From positions 1 through 21,177 of IMG/VR virus record IMGVR_UViG_3300049215_000527: a stretch of DNA of 21,177 nt. The stretch is one strand, 5' to 3'. Below the pieces are notes generated by a model. The model searched no databases. It had not been told where the DNA came from and was given only the letters and a program-made list of their open reading frames with translations. The translations under genes were made by a program, and so were the position numbers. The stretch's first letter is position 1. Each line of letters begins with the position of its first letter. The stretch comes from a virus. Shown piece after piece: positions 7,939 through 15,736 of the stretch.

Positions 7939-8276
7939 ACTTGGAAGAACTCATTGACAGTCTTGAAACCCTATTGACGGAGGCCAATCAGGCACAGAAA
8001 GAGTATGAGATGATTGGCTTGACGGCCCAAGAGACCCGTGGCAAGGCGTATATTCGGGTCCGCTCTGCTGCCAGTGAGAGCAACGCCAAAATAACAGAGA
8101 GTTTCATTGATGCGCTCATTGCAATGGATGGCGAAGTCTTGGAAAGCGAGGAATCGCTGATAAACGCCCGCTTTGCTTGGCATGAGGCACAATCCCGCGT
8201 GGAAGTGCAACGGGAGCGCATCAAAGCGAAACGTCTCATAATGCAACAAGAAACCACGTTCAAGGGGATGTACTAA
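7935..8276 (+). CDS. Helical/coiled-coil hypothetical protein (weakly UvsY-like)
   Basis: Coupled overlaps at both ends, helical composition. Family guess is weak. Confidence 0.65.
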   Translation: MNLEELIDSLETLLTEANQAQKEYEMIGLTAQETRGKAYIRVRSAASESNAKITESFIDALIAMDGEVLESEESLINARFAWHEAQSRVEVQRERIKAKRLIMQQETTFKGMY

Positions 8277-9022
8277 TGCCCACCATCCGCAAGGGCCAAC
8301 CCCTCTTGAATCCGCCCCCGCTGTCGGCCTATGACCGTGTGCTCGCCGATAACCCCTGGCTGGTGCGCTACACGCAGTTGGTGCAGGAGAGCATGGCGAT
8401 AGTGCGGCGCTATTACGCCGCCACCACAGCGGTGCAAGCGGCCCGTATCCTGGCCCAGATCGCGGCGAAAGACGCAGAGATCCGGGCGTTGGGGCAAGCG
8501 CAGGGGTTGCGGCCCTACATCCCGCCCCGCCCAGTGCGCGGCGAGCCAGCGATGACGCTGAGCCAGCCTGCAAAGAAGGTCATGCCAGAGGTTGCGCCAC
8601 CATCGCTCTTTGACAGCGCCACACCGCCCGCCACGGCAGCCAGTGACCACGCTATCTATGTTGATGAGATTGTGCGATGGGATATCAAACCCGCCTCTGG
8701 CGCGGAACGCTATTTCGGCAATGGCAAGCCCTCGTGCCACATGAGCACGCCGGACCACTCGCCAGAGGGTCTGGCGGCGTTGCATCGTTTCGCGGAAAAG
8801 CTGGGCATGCGGCGGTCCTGGTTCCAAAATGACAAGGTGATGCCCCACTATGACCTGACTCCAAGCAAAAGGGCGCTGGCATTGAAGGCGGGTGCGGTCG
8901 GTGTAACGGGCCAAGATATTATCCGGCTGTGCGCGCGCTATGACCTGCGCCAAGAATTGCAAGATGGGGATGCACCAGAGCCAGCACGGCCCGTGTTTGG
9001 GCAGAAGGGGCAAGTGGCATGA
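8276..9022 (+). CDS. DUF4031 domain protein with N-terminal extension
   Basis: IYVD...CHM...LHRFAEKLGMRRSWFQ...HYDLTPSKRALALKAGA. Confidence 0.85.
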   Translation: MPTIRKGQPLLNPPPLSAYDRVLADNPWLVRYTQLVQESMAIVRRYYAATTAVQAARILAQIAAKDAEIRALGQAQGLRPYIPPRPVRGEPAMTLSQPAKKVMPEVAPPSLFDSATPPATAASDHAIYVDEIVRWDIKPASGAERYFGNGKPSCHMSTPDHSPEGLAALHRFAEKLGMRRSWFQNDKVMPHYDLTPSKRALALKAGAVGVTGQDIIRLCARYDLRQELQDGDAPEPARPVFGQKGQVA

Positions 9023-9192
9023 TCTATCTCTCTGGCACGAGCCGCCCGTCCGTGATTGCCGCCTGGGAGCGCGTCATGCCAGGGGTGCCGACCATTGCTG
9101 AAGATGCATCTCCGAAGCGCAAGCGCAAGAAACTTTCAGTATCCTCAGCGGATCGAAGAGCAATGAAGCTGGGTGAGTTTGAGGGATTCTGA
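9019..9192 (+). CDS. 57-aa basic hypothetical protein (MIYLSGTSRPS...), absent from ORF track
   Basis: Hand translation. ATGA overlap, fills the gap. Confidence 0.55.
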   Translation: MIYLSGTSRPSVIAAWERVMPGVPTIAEDASPKRKRKKLSVSSADRRAMKLGEFEGF

Positions 9193-9219
9193 GGAAGGCA
9201 GGAAAGGAAGGTAACAGAG

Positions 9220-9426
9220 ATGCCAAAAGGCTATTATCAACGGCGCATCACGCATGTGCCACAGGCACCCGATCCGGTGGTCATTCTCTGGCAACTGATC
9301 CACGAGTTGCCACTGGACACCTGGCAGTGGACAGCCACCAAACGCGAGCAGTGGTTTGCCGCCCTGCACGCATCACTGGATCTGGTCATGGACGTGGTAG
9401 ACGAACCGATAGAGAGTGAGGCATAG
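9220..9426 (+). CDS. Hypothetical phage protein
   Basis: GAAGGT RBS. Abuts the next gene. Confidence 0.7.
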   Translation: MPKGYYQRRITHVPQAPDPVVILWQLIHELPLDTWQWTATKREQWFAALHASLDLVMDVVDEPIESEA

Positions 9427-9918
9427 ATGCGCGTATTATCCTTAACCCAGCCCTGGGCGACGTTGGTGGCCTGTGGCGCGAAAAAGATCGAGACTCGTTC
9501 CTGGCAGCCACCTAAGGCCCTCATCGGCCAACGTATTGGCATCCACGCGAGCAAAGGGCTGGCTGATATGACACAGCGCGATTTCAATGATTTGTGCATG
9601 CGCCCTGTGTTTCGTGCGGCATTGGTTGCTGGGTGGAAGGCGGGCCTCATCAAGAGCGCCAAAGAGCACCTCTATCCGTGGGACTTGCCACGCGGCATGA
9701 TCCTCGCCACCGCACGCATCACGGGGTGTTGGTCAACGAATGATGAGGCATTGGTGGATCGGCTGCCAGATGCAGAGCGGGCGTTTGGGAATTATGCCTA
9801 TGACCGCTACATGTGGGCGCTCGATGAGGTGCATGCGCTGGCTGAGCCGATTGCCGCCAAAGGTGCGCTGGGACTGTGGACGTGGCAGCCCCCTGAAGGA
9901 TGGGAGGTGGCAGCATGA
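9427..9918 (+). CDS. ASCH domain protein
   Basis: LSLTQPWATLVACGAKKIETRSW, IGIHASK, AKGALGLW. Confidence 0.92.
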   Translation: MRVLSLTQPWATLVACGAKKIETRSWQPPKALIGQRIGIHASKGLADMTQRDFNDLCMRPVFRAALVAGWKAGLIKSAKEHLYPWDLPRGMILATARITGCWSTNDEALVDRLPDAERAFGNYAYDRYMWALDEVHALAEPIAAKGALGLWTWQPPEGWEVAA

Positions 9919-10451
9919 CCGAACGTGTAGTGCATGTGATGAAAGACGCATATGATTGCTACATTGGCCGTGCCGACCGCTTCCGCCACCTACCCAAGAG
10001 CAAGTGGCACAACCCCTTCGTCATCGGCAAACATGGCGACCGTGCCGAGGTGCTGGCCCGCTACGAAGCATACATCCGCGAGCGGCCCGACCTCATGGCG
10101 GCGTTGCCGGAATTGCGGGGTCTGACGCTCGCGTGCTGGTGTGCAGAGAAGGGCGGCGTCGGTGTCGATGATGAGTTGGTGTGTCATGGGCAGGTGCTCT
10201 TGCGCCTGCTCAGGGAGACGACGCCGATGCTGACGTTGCCACAGGGTCAGTGGTTCGCCCGCAATGGCCCCGGCACGCGCTGGCACATCACCACAGGGCA
10301 TGGCACAGGCATCTGTGGCAAGGTGTTGCACATTGATGCGAAGGGCATGGGGCAACAGGCAGTGCCAGGCGACGTGTGCAAGCGATGCGCACGGCTGGCA
10401 GGCAAAACGAGTTTGCCACATATTGCAGAAATTGGTGGTACTAGGGCTTGA
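9915..10451 (+). CDS. DUF4326 domain protein with C-terminal Cys/His module
   Basis: YDCYIGR...SKWHNPF...ELRGLTLACWC...CHGQVL, then WH...CGK...CKRC. Start at ATGA 9915. Confidence 0.88.
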   Translation: MTERVVHVMKDAYDCYIGRADRFRHLPKSKWHNPFVIGKHGDRAEVLARYEAYIRERPDLMAALPELRGLTLACWCAEKGGVGVDDELVCHGQVLLRLLRETTPMLTLPQGQWFARNGPGTRWHITTGHGTGICGKVLHIDAKGMGQQAVPGDVCKRCARLAGKTSLPHIAEIGGTRA

Positions 10452-10480
10452 CATTGAATTGATATGGGTGTATAATTCAA
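10448..10480 (+). promoter_or_regulatory. Perfect consensus sigma70 promoter with overlapping inverted repeat
   Basis: TTGACA 10448-10453, 17-nt spacer, TATAAT 10471-10476. IR ttgaatt 10454-10460 / aattcaa 10474-10480. Confidence 0.92.
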
Positions 10481-10520
10481 ATGTCGATAGGGACAAACAA
10501 AACTAAAGAGGAACGAAACA

Positions 10521-10802
10521 GTGATTGACTATGATGACCAGTTGACTTACCACGCCGATCATTCAGCCTATGAGGCGGTAACGCAAGACATAGATGGACG
10601 TGCTGGCATTCTTTCAGTAAATGAAAGCGAATTCGCTGAGGTGGTTGATCGATCTCTCAAGGACGGCGAATTTAGTGACTATGAAGATGCCAAAGAACAT
10701 TATCTGAACATTGCTCTTTGGATCAATCTCGTTGGAGACAATCCTTTTGTATCCTTTGATGTCGATGCTGATGTTGACGAAGAGGATGAAGATAAGGAGT
10801 GA
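10521..10802 (+). CDS. Very acidic 93-aa protein (candidate DNA mimic / anti-defence protein)
   Basis: GAGGA RBS, GTG start. Hand count 17 D + 11 E versus 3 K + 2 R. AT-richer than flanks. Confidence 0.8.
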   Translation: MIDYDDQLTYHADHSAYEAVTQDIDGRAGILSVNESEFAEVVDRSLKDGEFSDYEDAKEHYLNIALWINLVGDNPFVSFDVDADVDEEDEDKE

Positions 10803-11038
10803 GCAATAAACATCGCGGCGCACCCCCAGGCAATCGCAACGCCGCCAAAGAGAAACCAGGCTTGCGCGGCACCTTCTATCTCAATGCCGCCGATCTTGAA
10901 GTTGTCGATGCCGCGCTGGTGGCGCAACTCAACTACCATCCGAGTGATGCCGAGCGGCTAGAATTCGCTCGGCATCTCATGCACATGGCACTTCGTGCGT
11001 TGCGCGACAAGCAGGATAATGAGCCGATCATCCTGTGA
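10799..11038 (+). CDS. Small putative DNA-binding protein (GAPPGNRNAAK arm plus ribbon-helix-helix-like core)
   Basis: AAGGAG RBS, GTGA overlap. RGTFYL strand followed by two amphipathic helices. Confidence 0.7.
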   Translation: MSNKHRGAPPGNRNAAKEKPGLRGTFYLNAADLEVVDAALVAQLNYHPSDAERLEFARHLMHMALRALRDKQDNEPIIL

Positions 11039-11063
11039 TACGGCTGGCAGAGAGGATAGAGCG

Positions 11064-11453
11064 ATGAGCGAACCTGAGACTTTGGGGATGTTGGTGCGGC
11101 ATGTGTGGATAGCCTGGGCAAAAGAGCAACCGGATGTTGCAGAGCACCCGAACTGGCTGACGGAATGGGCGGATCTGGCAGACCGTGACCGTGAGGTTGA
11201 TAGTCGCATCGGTATGGCAGTGGCAGCGACCTATGAATCAGAACTGGCGGCGTTGCGGGCATGGCGTGCGACTGCGGAGCCGTTGCTGCGGACGTTGGGG
11301 AATCAGGACGTACAGATGACCTATGATGAAAACTACGAATGCCCGCTTGCGTGCGGGGCATATGTTGATCATCCCTCGTTCGCCCACGAACACGCCCCCA
11401 CCTGTCCCATCACCCTGGCGCGGGCATTGCTGGCGACGGGAGGGCAGGGATGA
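11064..11453 (+). CDS. Hypothetical phage protein (W-rich N-terminus, C-terminal CxxxC...H...C)
   Basis: GAGGA RBS. LGMLVRHVWIAWAKEQP...WL..W..L...DREVD.RIG pattern. Confidence 0.75.
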   Translation: MSEPETLGMLVRHVWIAWAKEQPDVAEHPNWLTEWADLADRDREVDSRIGMAVAATYESELAALRAWRATAEPLLRTLGNQDVQMTYDENYECPLACGAYVDHPSFAHEHAPTCPITLARALLATGGQG

Positions 11454-11662
11454 GCCAGCGCAAGCTCAAGATCACCAGTGGTGAAAAGGCCCACAGCGCA
11501 CGTGTGCTGGATAGCGAGACGGGGCAAGAAATCGCTGATGTGCTCAGTGTCGATATCCACATGACCGCCGATGGGGTGACGGCGACGATCACCCTCTATC
11601 AGCCTCTCATTGACATTGTGGCTGAGGGCAGCATTCTCAGCATTAAGGACGATCATGACTGA
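11450..11662 (+). CDS. Hypothetical beta-rich phage protein
   Basis: GGAGG RBS. Overlaps at both ends. Confidence 0.7.
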   Translation: MSQRKLKITSGEKAHSARVLDSETGQEIADVLSVDIHMTADGVTATITLYQPLIDIVAEGSILSIKDDHD

Positions 11663-12101
11663 CGTGCAATCGATCTGCCTGATGGTGATCATCCTGGCGA
11701 GCTTCGCGTTCTTCGCATTCGTGGTGTGGATCGATAGCCGTTCTCCAAAACTTACCCAAATAGGACAAGCCTACTCCGTGTTTGGTTCCTGCTTCACCGA
11801 GACTGCCGTTAGTGCAAGCACCATTGGTCTTAGGATCTCTCCACAGGCGTCGATTTCCGCTGAACTAGCGGTATACTCTCCGGACGATCAACGTGCAGTC
11901 CTGCCGAAAGAACGTGGTTTTTGTTCTCTGCGACCAGACCATCTGTTGGTATTCTACCACAAAAGGGGAGATTTGGGTATGGAAATAGGAATTATTTACA
12001 ACCCCCGACGTGAGCCGCGTGGGCATGGGGCATCGCCCACCAAGACGCCACAGTACCCGCCCAAGGGAGGGCGACCCCCACAGAAACGAGGGCAGCCATG
12101 A
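11655..12101 (+). CDS. Small membrane-anchored protein carrying an in-frame 264-bp insertion
   Basis: AAGGA RBS. TM segment ICLMVIILASFAFFAFVVWI. Basic Pro-rich tail ends in an ATGA overlap. Confidence 0.65.
   Translation: MTDVQSICLMVIILASFAFFAFVVWIDSRSPKLTQIGQAYSVFGSCFTETAVSASTIGLRISPQASISAELAVYSPDDQRAVLPKERGFCSLRPDHLLVFYHKRGDLGMEIGIIYNPRREPRGHGASPTKTPQYPPKGGRPPQKRGQP
11718..11944 (-). ncRNA. Putative orphan TnpB omegaRNA (scaffold plus flank-derived guide)
   Basis: Extended -10 TGgTAGAAT at 11959-11951 (-). The retained region is the tnpB 3' tail plus right end, which encodes omegaRNA in these families. The guide would be about ctatcgatccacaccacgaa. Ends are approximate. Confidence 0.55.
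11738..12003 (-). mobile_element. Non-autonomous miniature IS607/IS605-family (tnpB-derived) element
   Basis: - strand 11875-11771 reads YTASSAEIDACGE...SVKQEPNTE*, the typical TnpB C-terminal tail. It ends ...gggtaagttttggagaacGG and has GG at both boundaries. AT-richer than flanks. Confidence 0.75.
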
Positions 12102-12529
12102 GTGAAGATCCCACCAACTATCTCACGCCCCGTGAGGCGCTAGAGATTGTGGCCGCACACAGCGATGATAAGGCCATGCGGGTGCTGGCCGAGACGACGC
12201 TGACCCATGCACCCTACACCATGACCCATGACGCCGCCGTGGCGCTGTGTGAGCGCATCATGGCCACCCGCGCCGCGCCCCTTGTGACAGGCTGGCAAGC
12301 CACCCCCAAGCTGCTCTTGCACGAAACACTGCGCGGCACCTGGGATGGGGATTGGTCCGTGGTAATAGAGCACCCCCGCTCGCGCTGCTCCTACATCATC
12401 GGCGCGTGGGACGATTGGGAAGTGTGGTTGGCGAGCGATGTTCTGGTCGATGAGTTCGATCAGGATGAGCTATCGCTATGGGACGTGACGCTGGCCGATG
12501 GGCTAGAGGAGGATGAGACCGATGACTGA
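12098..12529 (+). CDS. Hypothetical phage protein, acidic C-terminus
   Basis: GAGGGG RBS and ATGA overlap. Confidence 0.7.
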   Translation: MSEDPTNYLTPREALEIVAAHSDDKAMRVLAETTLTHAPYTMTHDAAVALCERIMATRAAPLVTGWQATPKLLLHETLRGTWDGDWSVVIEHPRSRCSYIIGAWDDWEVWLASDVLVDEFDQDELSLWDVTLADGLEEDETDD

Positions 12530-12842
12530 GCAAGAGGCACGCGCGGCGCTGCTACACGTCCTGGCGGCGCGGTCAGGGGGACTGGCGAAGGATGAAGCGG
12601 CGCGACTTGCAGCGCAGGCGATCATCCTTGTGGGAATGCACTTCCAGCAGAAGGTTATTCCAGCCATGCAAATGGTGGGTAATCTGTTCAGTATCGCCAT
12701 TGAGCGCACCGCTGCATCGTTTGCGCAGTTTGGTCGCCTGTATCTCTACAGCGCGGTTATGGCACGCCACCGACGCCGTGCCGAGCAGTTGCGTGTGCTG
12801 GCGTTGCCCGCGCCGCAAGAGAAAGAGCAGGACGACCGATGA
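12522..12842 (+). CDS. Hypothetical phage protein
   Basis: GAGGAGG RBS. Start is 12513 or 12522. Confidence 0.65.
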   Translation: MTEQEARAALLHVLAARSGGLAKDEAARLAAQAIILVGMHFQQKVIPAMQMVGNLFSIAIERTAASFAQFGRLYLYSAVMARHRRRAEQLRVLALPAPQEKEQDDR

Positions 12843-12846
12843 TGAA

Positions 12847-12987
12847 ATGCGTAAGTGGGTACAGATCCTTGCGAACGCGATGGCCATTGCCGCTGGGTAT
12901 AGTTGTCATGGACGTAACTCACGTCCTATCAACCCATTTCAGGTGGGATATCACGGAATAGAAGTACTCAAAGAGCCAACAGAATAG
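12847..12987 (+). CDS. Short hypothetical protein or gene remnant (MRKWVQILANAMAIAAGYSCHG...)
   Basis: Protein-like 3' part of the 12592..12987 ORF. Start uncertain. Confidence 0.45.
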   Translation: MRKWVQILANAMAIAAGYSCHGRNSRPINPFQVGYHGIEVLKEPTE

Positions 12988-13018
12988 CCGTTGATAATGA
13001 GGGTAAACAACGACTATT
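12983..13018. other. Candidate tyrosine-recombinase site (dif/lox-like)
   Basis: aatagccgttgataa-tgaggg-taaacaacgactatt: 15-bp arms with 12/15 inverted match and a 6-bp spacer, 24 bp upstream of the recombinase. Confidence 0.55.
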
Positions 13019-13042
13019 TATCGTCAACTAAAGAAGGAGGCA

Positions 13043-13984
13043 GTGATGGGGACAAAGCTACAAATCGTCGTACCTGAGACGCCCTACACCCCGATCATTC
13101 GGATGGTGCTTGATGGCTTGGATAGTCTGCATTCCCAGCGGGCCTATGAACGGGCCTTAAACGACTTTCTGGCCTGGTATCATGAGGCGGGCCACCGCGA
13201 ATTGAAACGCAGCATTGTTGCGAGTTATATCGCCTATCTGCGCGATAGCCTGGGAATGGCCCCTGCTTATATCAATCTGCGCCTCGTTGCTATCCGGCGT
13301 TTAGTGCGTGAGGCGGCGGAAAATAACCTGCTTGATCAGCAAACGGCTATGGCTATCGAGCGGCTCAAGGGGGTGCGGGATGAGGGGCATCGCACGGGGG
13401 TGTGGCTTACTCGTGGCCAGGCGACCGACCTCATCAATACTCCTGACACGGCAACGGTGAAAGGATTGCGGGATCGGGCCGTGCTGGCAACGCTCATCGG
13501 GGCCGGACTGCGGCGCGAGGAATTAACCAATCTCACGTTTGCCCACATTCAGCAACGTGATGGGCGCTGGGCCATTATCAACATCGTGGGCAAACGGAAT
13601 AAAGTCCGCAGTGTCCCGATTGCCCCGTGGAACAAAGTCTACTTAGATGCGTGGGCCACAGCGGCGCATCTCACGGAAGGGGCCATATTTCGGGCAATGG
13701 ATCGTGGCGACCATGTGACACCCAAACCGCTCTCGCCGCAGAGCATCATGGATATCGTGAAGCAGTACATTGACGAGTCTGGCTTGAGTGGGATCGCCGA
13801 TGCCGCGCCCCACGATCTGCGGCGTACCTTCGCGCAGCTAGCCCGTAAGGGCGGGGCGTCGCTGGAACAGATCTCCATTAACTTAGGTCATGAGAGCATC
13901 GAGACGACGCAACGGTACCTGGGCATCGAGCAAGATTTTATTGATGCACCCTGCGATCACCTAGGGTTACAACTCAGTGCCTAG
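13043..13984 (+). CDS. Tyrosine recombinase (XerC/XerD-like integrase/resolvase)
   Basis: RDRAVL...GLRREE (R), GKRNK (K), HDLRRT (HxxR), LGH, TQRY (Y). N-terminal SAM-like region. AAGGAGG RBS. Confidence 0.95.
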   Translation: MMGTKLQIVVPETPYTPIIRMVLDGLDSLHSQRAYERALNDFLAWYHEAGHRELKRSIVASYIAYLRDSLGMAPAYINLRLVAIRRLVREAAENNLLDQQTAMAIERLKGVRDEGHRTGVWLTRGQATDLINTPDTATVKGLRDRAVLATLIGAGLRREELTNLTFAHIQQRDGRWAIINIVGKRNKVRSVPIAPWNKVYLDAWATAAHLTEGAIFRAMDRGDHVTPKPLSPQSIMDIVKQYIDESGLSGIADAAPHDLRRTFAQLARKGGASLEQISINLGHESIETTQRYLGIEQDFIDAPCDHLGLQLSA

Positions 13985-14076
13985 TCTTGTATATAAGGTA
14001 GGGGCTTGACAGCGTGTAAGGGGAATTAAACGACATTGGAGAGCACTAGCCATTCAGTGCCGCAACCATAACCATA

Positions 14077-14085
14077 TGGTATACT
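14077..14085 (+). promoter_or_regulatory. Extended -10 promoter for the XRE gene
   Basis: TGgTATACT in an AT-rich intergenic region. Confidence 0.5.
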
Positions 14086-14133
14086 ATCCATAAGCAAGCC
14101 TTGTGGTGATGTTGTTGATTGAGGAGCCTCCCC

Positions 14134-14409
14134 ATGACCGATCCCGCTCGCCCCCCCCGCTTTGCCCCAGGTGAAATGAAACGGCTGCGTAAATCGGCGG
14201 GCCTCAGCCAAGAGAAGGTTGCCGAATTGATGCAGTATTCCGTGTGGCAGATTCGCCGCTGGGAAAAGGGTACCCCCATCATCAGCCTAGAGAACGCCGA
14301 ACACTTCTGCCGTATCATCAAAGAACGTGCCATGCGCGAAGACACGTTGCGGAATGACATTGACACCCTCTCCTTCCCCCAGCAACCCCCACTGGAAAAA
14401 GCCTCCTAG
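14134..14409 (+). CDS. XRE-family HTH transcriptional regulator
   Basis: MKRLRKSAGLSQEKVAELMQYSVWQIRRWEKG. GAGGAG RBS. Confidence 0.9.
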   Translation: MTDPARPPRFAPGEMKRLRKSAGLSQEKVAELMQYSVWQIRRWEKGTPIISLENAEHFCRIIKERAMREDTLRNDIDTLSFPQQPPLEKAS

Positions 14410-14537
14410 AACGCCCCAGTATTGTGCGGTGTTCCGCTCTGGTGCCAACGCCCCATCTCCTGTACGCTTGATATGGGTGAGTGTGCGGTGTCTTTTGCCT
14501 TTCTGGCCGTTACGCTCTCCTTATCGGAGGCGACGCC

Positions 14538-15053
14538 GTGGCGAAAGTCCAGAAGCTGCCAGCCAAAACCACCCTGAATACCGATACCCTCACGGGCGAA
14601 CGCTTGAGCTATCGCCCTGGCACCGTGCGCCTGCCCACGCCCGATGACGACCGCATCTGCTATCCCCACGGCGATCCCCAATGGCTCAATGGCTATCGGG
14701 TGGCCCTGCCCCTGCGCCTGCACACTCGCACCCCCGAAGGCCGCTTAGGCGCGCCCACGTTCGGGCGACGCACGATGCAGTATCTGGCCAGCCAAGACCC
14801 CAGAAAAGTCTATCAGGAACACACTGAGTACGAGTTGCGCAACTGGTGGACGCCGCCGTGGGCCGAACGGGAGTTGTACGCTTTCTATGATGCGGAGGCC
14901 GTCGATATCGTGCTGAGTGTGGTGCGTGATGCGCAAACCTGGGAAGAGGCGACCCGTGGTGTGCAGCGCCCGATAGCCGAGTGCAAGGCCATCATGCGCA
15001 ACATGCGGCGCCACTGCCAACGGCTCATCACCGCTGGCCAGCGCGCGGCCTAA
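14538..15053 (+). CDS. Hypothetical protein, possible late-transcription regulator
   Basis: GGAGG RBS with GTG. C-terminal TWEEATRGVQRPIAECKAIMR is HTH-like. Sits at the early/late boundary. Confidence 0.6.
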   Translation: MAKVQKLPAKTTLNTDTLTGERLSYRPGTVRLPTPDDDRICYPHGDPQWLNGYRVALPLRLHTRTPEGRLGAPTFGRRTMQYLASQDPRKVYQEHTEYELRNWWTPPWAERELYAFYDAEAVDIVLSVVRDAQTWEEATRGVQRPIAECKAIMRNMRRHCQRLITAGQRAA

Positions 15054-15151
15054 CAGAATATTGCTACGCCGGGTGCGGATGCCCGATGGTCAGGTCCCAA
15101 TCCACCGCCCGTGCCGCTGCATGGGCAACAACAGAAAGAGAGCAACAAATC

Positions 15152-15607
15152 ATGGGACGCTATCAGCGTAAAGCGGTGGTCGAGATTGCCCGTTTGGGCA
15201 AGGACCTCACCATCGTCACGGAATGGAAAACCGACTGGCAGGGCAACCGCCGCCCCAAGGAATTGGTCACGATTCCCGCAGGGAATGCCCTGGTCATCGA
15301 CGGCGAAGGCGTGGATCAAGAGATCTATGGCATGCCCTGGAACGAGGCGTTGCAGCAGTTTGAGCCGACCGATGAAGTCACCCACCGTACCTCTGGCGGC
15401 AATCGCCAGCAGCAACAGGGCAAACGGAATAACCAACAGGACCCCCGCAGTTATGAGCGCGACGACCGCACCGAACGCCGCCATGACGATGTGCAACCCC
15501 TCATGCTCGATCCTGGCATCAGCGCATGGCGACTGCCGACACAGGCGACGACCGCCCCGGCATGGTCTGACCCCAACCAGCCGACCACGCAGGTAGTCAA
15601 AGCATAG
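15152..15607 (+). CDS. Hypothetical phage protein, low-complexity Q/R/D C-terminus
   Basis: Purine-rich RBS. GNALVID...EIYGM...QQFE weakly resembles PGDYG-type domains. Confidence 0.7.
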   Translation: MGRYQRKAVVEIARLGKDLTIVTEWKTDWQGNRRPKELVTIPAGNALVIDGEGVDQEIYGMPWNEALQQFEPTDEVTHRTSGGNRQQQQGKRNNQQDPRSYERDDRTERRHDDVQPLMLDPGISAWRLPTQATTAPAWSDPNQPTTQVVKA

Positions 15608-15615
15608 TTCCCCCT

Positions 15616-15713
15616 ATCGCTGATCGCCCCCAATGGCAGGGCATGACTGAATGGTCAGTTCGCGGTGGCATGATGCCGCCAGGGTTGGCGGGTTCAAATC
15701 CCCCTCAGCGATG
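15616..15713 (+). tRNA. Aberrant tRNA-like element (anticodon undetermined)
   Basis: Acceptor atcgctga/tcagcgat, D arm gccc-ccaatggca-gggc, arm tgact-gaat-ggtca, long variable arm ggtggca/tgccgcc, T arm gcggg-TTCAAAT-ccccc. Confidence 0.65.
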
Positions 15714-15714
15714 C

Positions 15715-15736
15715 GGCGGCGTTGCAAGACGCCGCC
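15715..15736 (+). other. GC-rich hairpin with GNRA (GCAA) tetraloop
   Basis: ggcggcgtt-gcaa-gacgccgcc, directly after the tRNA-like element. Confidence 0.6.

Noticed and set aside
11738-12001. Element as an IStron (group I intron)
   Set aside because: Too short, antisense to the host gene, and no group I core recognised.
10459-14479. Shared 12-mer ttgatatgggtg (10459, 14468) and gggcttgaca (10444, 14002)
   Set aside because: Matches of this length are expected by chance in 21 kb. The TTGACA at 14006 has no good -10.
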